NCBI GenBank assembly: GCA_040377305.1
Contig: JBEIPA010000050.1
Location: forward strand, 1 to 17,906
Length of the DNA stretch: 17,906 bases
Source: Flavobacteriales bacterium
Lineage (GTDB): Bacteria; Bacteroidota; Bacteroidia; Palsa-965
Reading direction: 5' to 3'
Under the pieces are notes generated by a model. It saw only the letters and a program-made list of their open reading frames with translations. It did no database searches and was not told the origin of the DNA. Both the position numbers and the translations under genes were made by a program. Every line of letters begins with the position of its first letter. Position 1 is the first letter of the stretch. This document shows positions 14,695 to 17,906 of the stretch, in pieces.

Positions 14695-16596
14695 TTACCG
14701 CACCACATTCACATGCCCTGTTCTCCTCAATCCATCTCCGCTGCAGGTGGTCTTGTATTCAATTACGTACACATACGTATCTTCCTGTACTACACTTCCG
14801 TTGTACGTTCCATTCCAGCCCGTAGCGGCATCCGATGATTCGAAAATCAACTCGCCCCAGCGATTATAAATGCGCATGTGCAACGAAGTGATTTCACTCC
14901 CGTACGGATAAAACACGTCGTTCAGTCCGTTTCCGTTCGGTGTAATTGTATTCGGAATAAATAATATGCTTTCACCTAATGTCCCGGCGAGTTCTACCGT
15001 ATCACTGGATGTACAATTTCCGTTTCCAACTGTTACGTAATACGTGCCCGCAAGTTGAGGTGCGATTGTCTGCGTTGTTGCTCCCGTACTCCAGAGATAG
15101 GTATTGCCTGTTCCTGCATCCAGCTCGAAGAAATCGTACTGACACAATACAACATCCGGCCCAAGTGAAACATTCTCGACCGTTACACTCGATACAATTA
15201 CCGTATCGGCATCAACACACATTCCGTTGCTGTAAATAACTGAGTACATACCCGAAATTCCGGGAGTAATTGTTTGGGTGGTATCTCCTGTATTCCACAA
15301 ATAGCTTCCTCCGGGACCTGCATCCAGAATCACGACACTTACATCACACATCGAAATATCAGCCCCGAGATTTACACTCACCGCTGGTAATGCGGTAATA
15401 ACAATTGTGTCGATCGTGGTACATGATCCATTGTTGTAGCTGACCCAATACATTCCCGGAGATGAAGGACTAATACTTTGTGTAATCGCTCCCGTGTTCC
15501 ACACATAAGTTCCGCCCGGACCTGCATCGAGTGTAAATCCAGCGATGCTGCACAACGCGGTATCAGCACCAAGATCTACAATTGGAATAGGTAGTGCTGT
15601 TACTGCAATTGTATCATACGTCACGCAGAGTCCGTCATCAAAAATTACAGAATAGATGCCCGGTAAACCCGGAGTAATTGTTTGGGTAGTATCTCCCGTA
15701 TTCCAGAGGTATGTTCCACCACTGCCCGCATTGAGTGTAACGTTGCTCACGTCACAGAGTGCAACATCGGGACCGAGATTTACACCAAGCGGAATCACCA
15801 CCTGCACGGTATCAGTTGCTGTGCATACGCGATGCAGATCGAAATCATCCATCCCGAAATCAACTCCATAACTTTGTGTTGCAAGATTGATGATCTCGAT
15901 TGTTACGCTTGTGTTCGCACCTGCATTCCACGTCGGAACAGAATACTGATCCCAGAACCAACCTTGGTTATTGGGAGCGGGAATTCCAACAAGCGTAGCC
16001 ACAATTGTATTCCCGGTTACGTTCCCGATAAAGTGAACTTCAAATGTGGGTTGATTCGCTCCGGATTCTGTTGCCCAAAAACTGAAATCGTAATCGGCAC
16101 CTGGAACTAGTGGCAAAGTGGTTTCTTGCCAAATCATCGTTGGAGTTCCGGCACCATCAATCATCATGAACATGTTATCGACGGTTGGCGTGTGATCCGT
16201 CAATCCAGGGAAATAGTTCAGGAACCATTGATTTCCCACCCAGTAATTTCCGGGCGAATACGTGGTGGTGAAGTTCATTCCGCTGTTGAAACCGCTGTTA
16301 CCTGCAGCGAAATCCGGGTTGATAACCAAGTTGGGGCCGGTATACGTTGCGGTTACGGAATACGTGCCGGCAACGGATGCTACCGGATTTGAAATCGTGT
16401 CGTTTGAAAGTCCCGCAGATGGTGTCCACAAATATGTGGTGTACGAAGTGTCCGTAGTCAGCTGAACAGTTTGATTGATACAATCGAGCGTAGCTGTAGC
16501 CTGCAACGGTGCGCATGGAGTCGATTGTGCGTGCAACTCACCAATGAGCGCGGTGAACACAGAAAGCAAGACACAAAAATGGTGGGTACGAAACAT
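14695..16596 (-). CDS. T9SS type B (gliding motility-associated C-terminal domain) secreted protein with four Ig-like repeats
   Basis: Signal peptide; CTD IPNTITPNGNGLNDVF...IYNRWGELIFES...GWNGTYNG....DTYVY...GHVNVVR; carbohydrate-binding-like domain starting NLVINPDF. Confidence 0.93.
   Translation of the reverse strand: MFRTHHFCVLLSVFTALIGELHAQSTPCAPLQATATLDCINQTVQLTTDTSYTTYLWTPSAGLSNDTISNPVASVAGTYSVTATYTGPNLVINPDFAAGNSGFNSGMNFTTTYSPGNYWVGNQWFLNYFPGLTDHTPTVDNMFMMIDGAGTPTMIWQETTLPLVPGADYDFSFWATESGANQPTFEVHFIGNVTGNTIVATLVGIPAPNNQGWFWDQYSVPTWNAGANTSVTIEIINLATQSYGVDFGMDDFDLHRVCTATDTVQVVIPLGVNLGPDVALCDVSNVTLNAGSGGTYLWNTGDTTQTITPGLPGIYSVIFDDGLCVTYDTIAVTALPIPIVDLGADTALCSIAGFTLDAGPGGTYVWNTGAITQSISPSSPGMYWVSYNNGSCTTIDTIVITALPAVSVNLGADISMCDVSVVILDAGPGGSYLWNTGDTTQTITPGISGMYSVIYSNGMCVDADTVIVSSVTVENVSLGPDVVLCQYDFFELDAGTGNTYLWSTGATTQTIAPQLAGTYYVTVGNGNCTSSDTVELAGTLGESILFIPNTITPNGNGLNDVFYPYGSEITSLHMRIYNRWGELIFESSDAATGWNGTYNGSVVQEDTYVYVIEYKTTCSGDGLRRTGHVNVVR
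14980..15783 (-). repeat. Four intragenic 204-bp (68-aa) repeats
   Basis: V.LG.D..LC.....LDAG.G.TYLW.TG.TTQTI.P...G.Y.V....G.C...DT x4. Near-identical DNA blocks at 15263 and 15671 are 408 bp apart. Confidence 0.88.
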
Positions 16597-16807
16597 GATT
16601 CAGAAGGGGTATGCCTCAGGCAAGTTACAACCATTCTGATGAAACGCAAATAATCGGGAGTCGCATTTAGGGAGCGGTTGTAAGCCATCAATTGTAATTA
16701 CTGCAGACAGTTTGATTCCGTCGTGCACGTGGTATTTATTTGACTACGGCCGAAAACGAGGAATGCATTTCAAGAAGCCGATTATTGATTGTGAGGCAGA
16801 ACTTTGG

Positions 16808-17905
16808 TTATCGATTCACCACTACCTTTTGTGATTTGACAGAAAGTCCATTGATATTGTATGCGACTAAATAAATGCCCGGCGCCAGCGTCGAAACATC
16901 CAAGGTCTGTAAGCTTCCGGAATATGTTTTGCTGTACACGACTTCGCCAAGACAGGAGGTGATTGTTATACTTCGTGCAGATGAAGATTGATCTGCCCAT
17001 GAGATTATTAATTCCTGAGACGCGGGATTAGGGAATGCGTTCCCATTATATTGACTTTGATCTTCCGCCAATCCTCCCGGAACGGACGAACACATACTTC
17101 CTATTGTGTACACAAATGAAACTACATTGGTTACAGGATTTCCGGTGATCAGAGTTGGAGGAATTGTATTGATCATCGGTTCGGTTGTGAGCACCGGCAG
17201 CGCTTGAACATTTGTGTAAGTCGTCATCATGCTGTCATCAGCACAAACTACACTGCCCAGAGTATCGGTTACATTAATGGCAATATCCGGTTGGTTTGTG
17301 TAGTAAGTTATTGAGGAAACCAACGCCGCGTCTGACGAACGCCACTTTGTGTACCCATTGAAGTTGGCGGGAAGATCAAAATACGAGCACTTGGTCCACA
17401 AAGGATATGAGTTAGCGCCGATCCGGAAAAACAAAATTCCTGTACGTGAAAACGGCGATGGTTTTACCGAGCCCGTGATCATATAACCACCACTGGCCAT
17501 TGGAAATATTGACCATGCCTGCATATTGGTATAAAAGCCATACCGATAACTATAAACCGGTGTTCCGAGCGAATCTATTTTCAGTGTGATCAACTGTCCG
17601 TTTCCCGTACTTAATACAAACAATATTCCGTTGTCAGGTTCCGCAATACATGCTCCGAAATAATAACTGCTGGGAAAACCACTGTACATCCACAATAGTT
17701 GCCCAATCGCATTAACACGCATTATTCGCGAAGACGACTGGTAACCCGGTGGGTTTATCTGACACTCCGACGAAAACAAGAGAACGAAATCACCGTTCAC
17801 CTGTTCAATAAGATCGTACACTCTGAAATGACAGGTGTTCGTGCCGTAGTACTCAGTCCACACCGCATTTCCGTTCTTGTCATACTTACGAAGAAAGGTG
17901 TTGCT
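16808..17905 (-). CDS. T9SS type A sorting domain protein, 5'-truncated by the window edge
   Basis: Frame open to the window end (SNTFLRKYDKNGNAVWT...). Beta-propeller-like repeats (K.D..G...W). CTD AFPNPASQELII...LGEVVY...LDVSTLAPGIYLV...KVVV. Confidence 0.9.
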   Translation of the reverse strand, partial: SNTFLRKYDKNGNAVWTEYYGTNTCHFRVYDLIEQVNGDFVLLFSSECQINPPGYQSSSRIMRVNAIGQLLWMYSGFPSSYYFGACIAEPDNGILFVLSTGNGQLITLKIDSLGTPVYSYRYGFYTNMQAWSIFPMASGGYMITGSVKPSPFSRTGILFFRIGANSYPLWTKCSYFDLPANFNGYTKWRSSDAALVSSITYYTNQPDIAINVTDTLGSVVCADDSMMTTYTNVQALPVLTTEPMINTIPPTLITGNPVTNVVSFVYTIGSMCSSVPGGLAEDQSQYNGNAFPNPASQELIISWADQSSSARSITITSCLGEVVYSKTYSGSLQTLDVSTLAPGIYLVAYNINGLSVKSQKVVVNR

Positions 17906-17906
17906 C

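Noticed and set aside
16625-16683. TTACAACC/GGTTGTAA 8-bp inverted repeat upstream of the T9SS-B gene
   Set aside because: Too short and widely spaced to separate from chance.

Overview
Bacteroidota genomic fragment, judged from two T9SS cargo proteins, a GldK-like domain, a fused 2-oxoacid dehydrogenase E1 and TAnnTT(T/C)G promoter boxes. It starts at what looks like a contig end (poly-C artefact). Gene content in order: the 3' part of an accessory, probably error-prone, DNA polymerase III alpha (dnaE); a SRAP/YedK-fold protein that has lost all three catalytic residues; a long minus-strand run (Zn-ribbon membrane protein, DMT/DUF486 protein, unknown membrane protein, DUF2238, alpha/beta hydrolase, Prc protease, TlpA, two paralogous lipoproteins, fused E1 alpha-beta); a divergent ECF sigma factor coupled to a membrane anti-sigma candidate with a GldK-like FGE-sulfatase domain; two T9SS-secreted proteins. 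The most unusual signal is non-coding. Six intergenic gaps hold large fold-back elements, including two nested four-unit palindromic elements (1561-1718 between dnaE and the dead SRAP; 4315-4528) and three inverted short-tandem-repeat hairpins with unrelated units. No tRNA, rRNA, CRISPR array, transposase or reverse transcriptase was seen. All family assignments come from motif recognition by eye, not from database searches.
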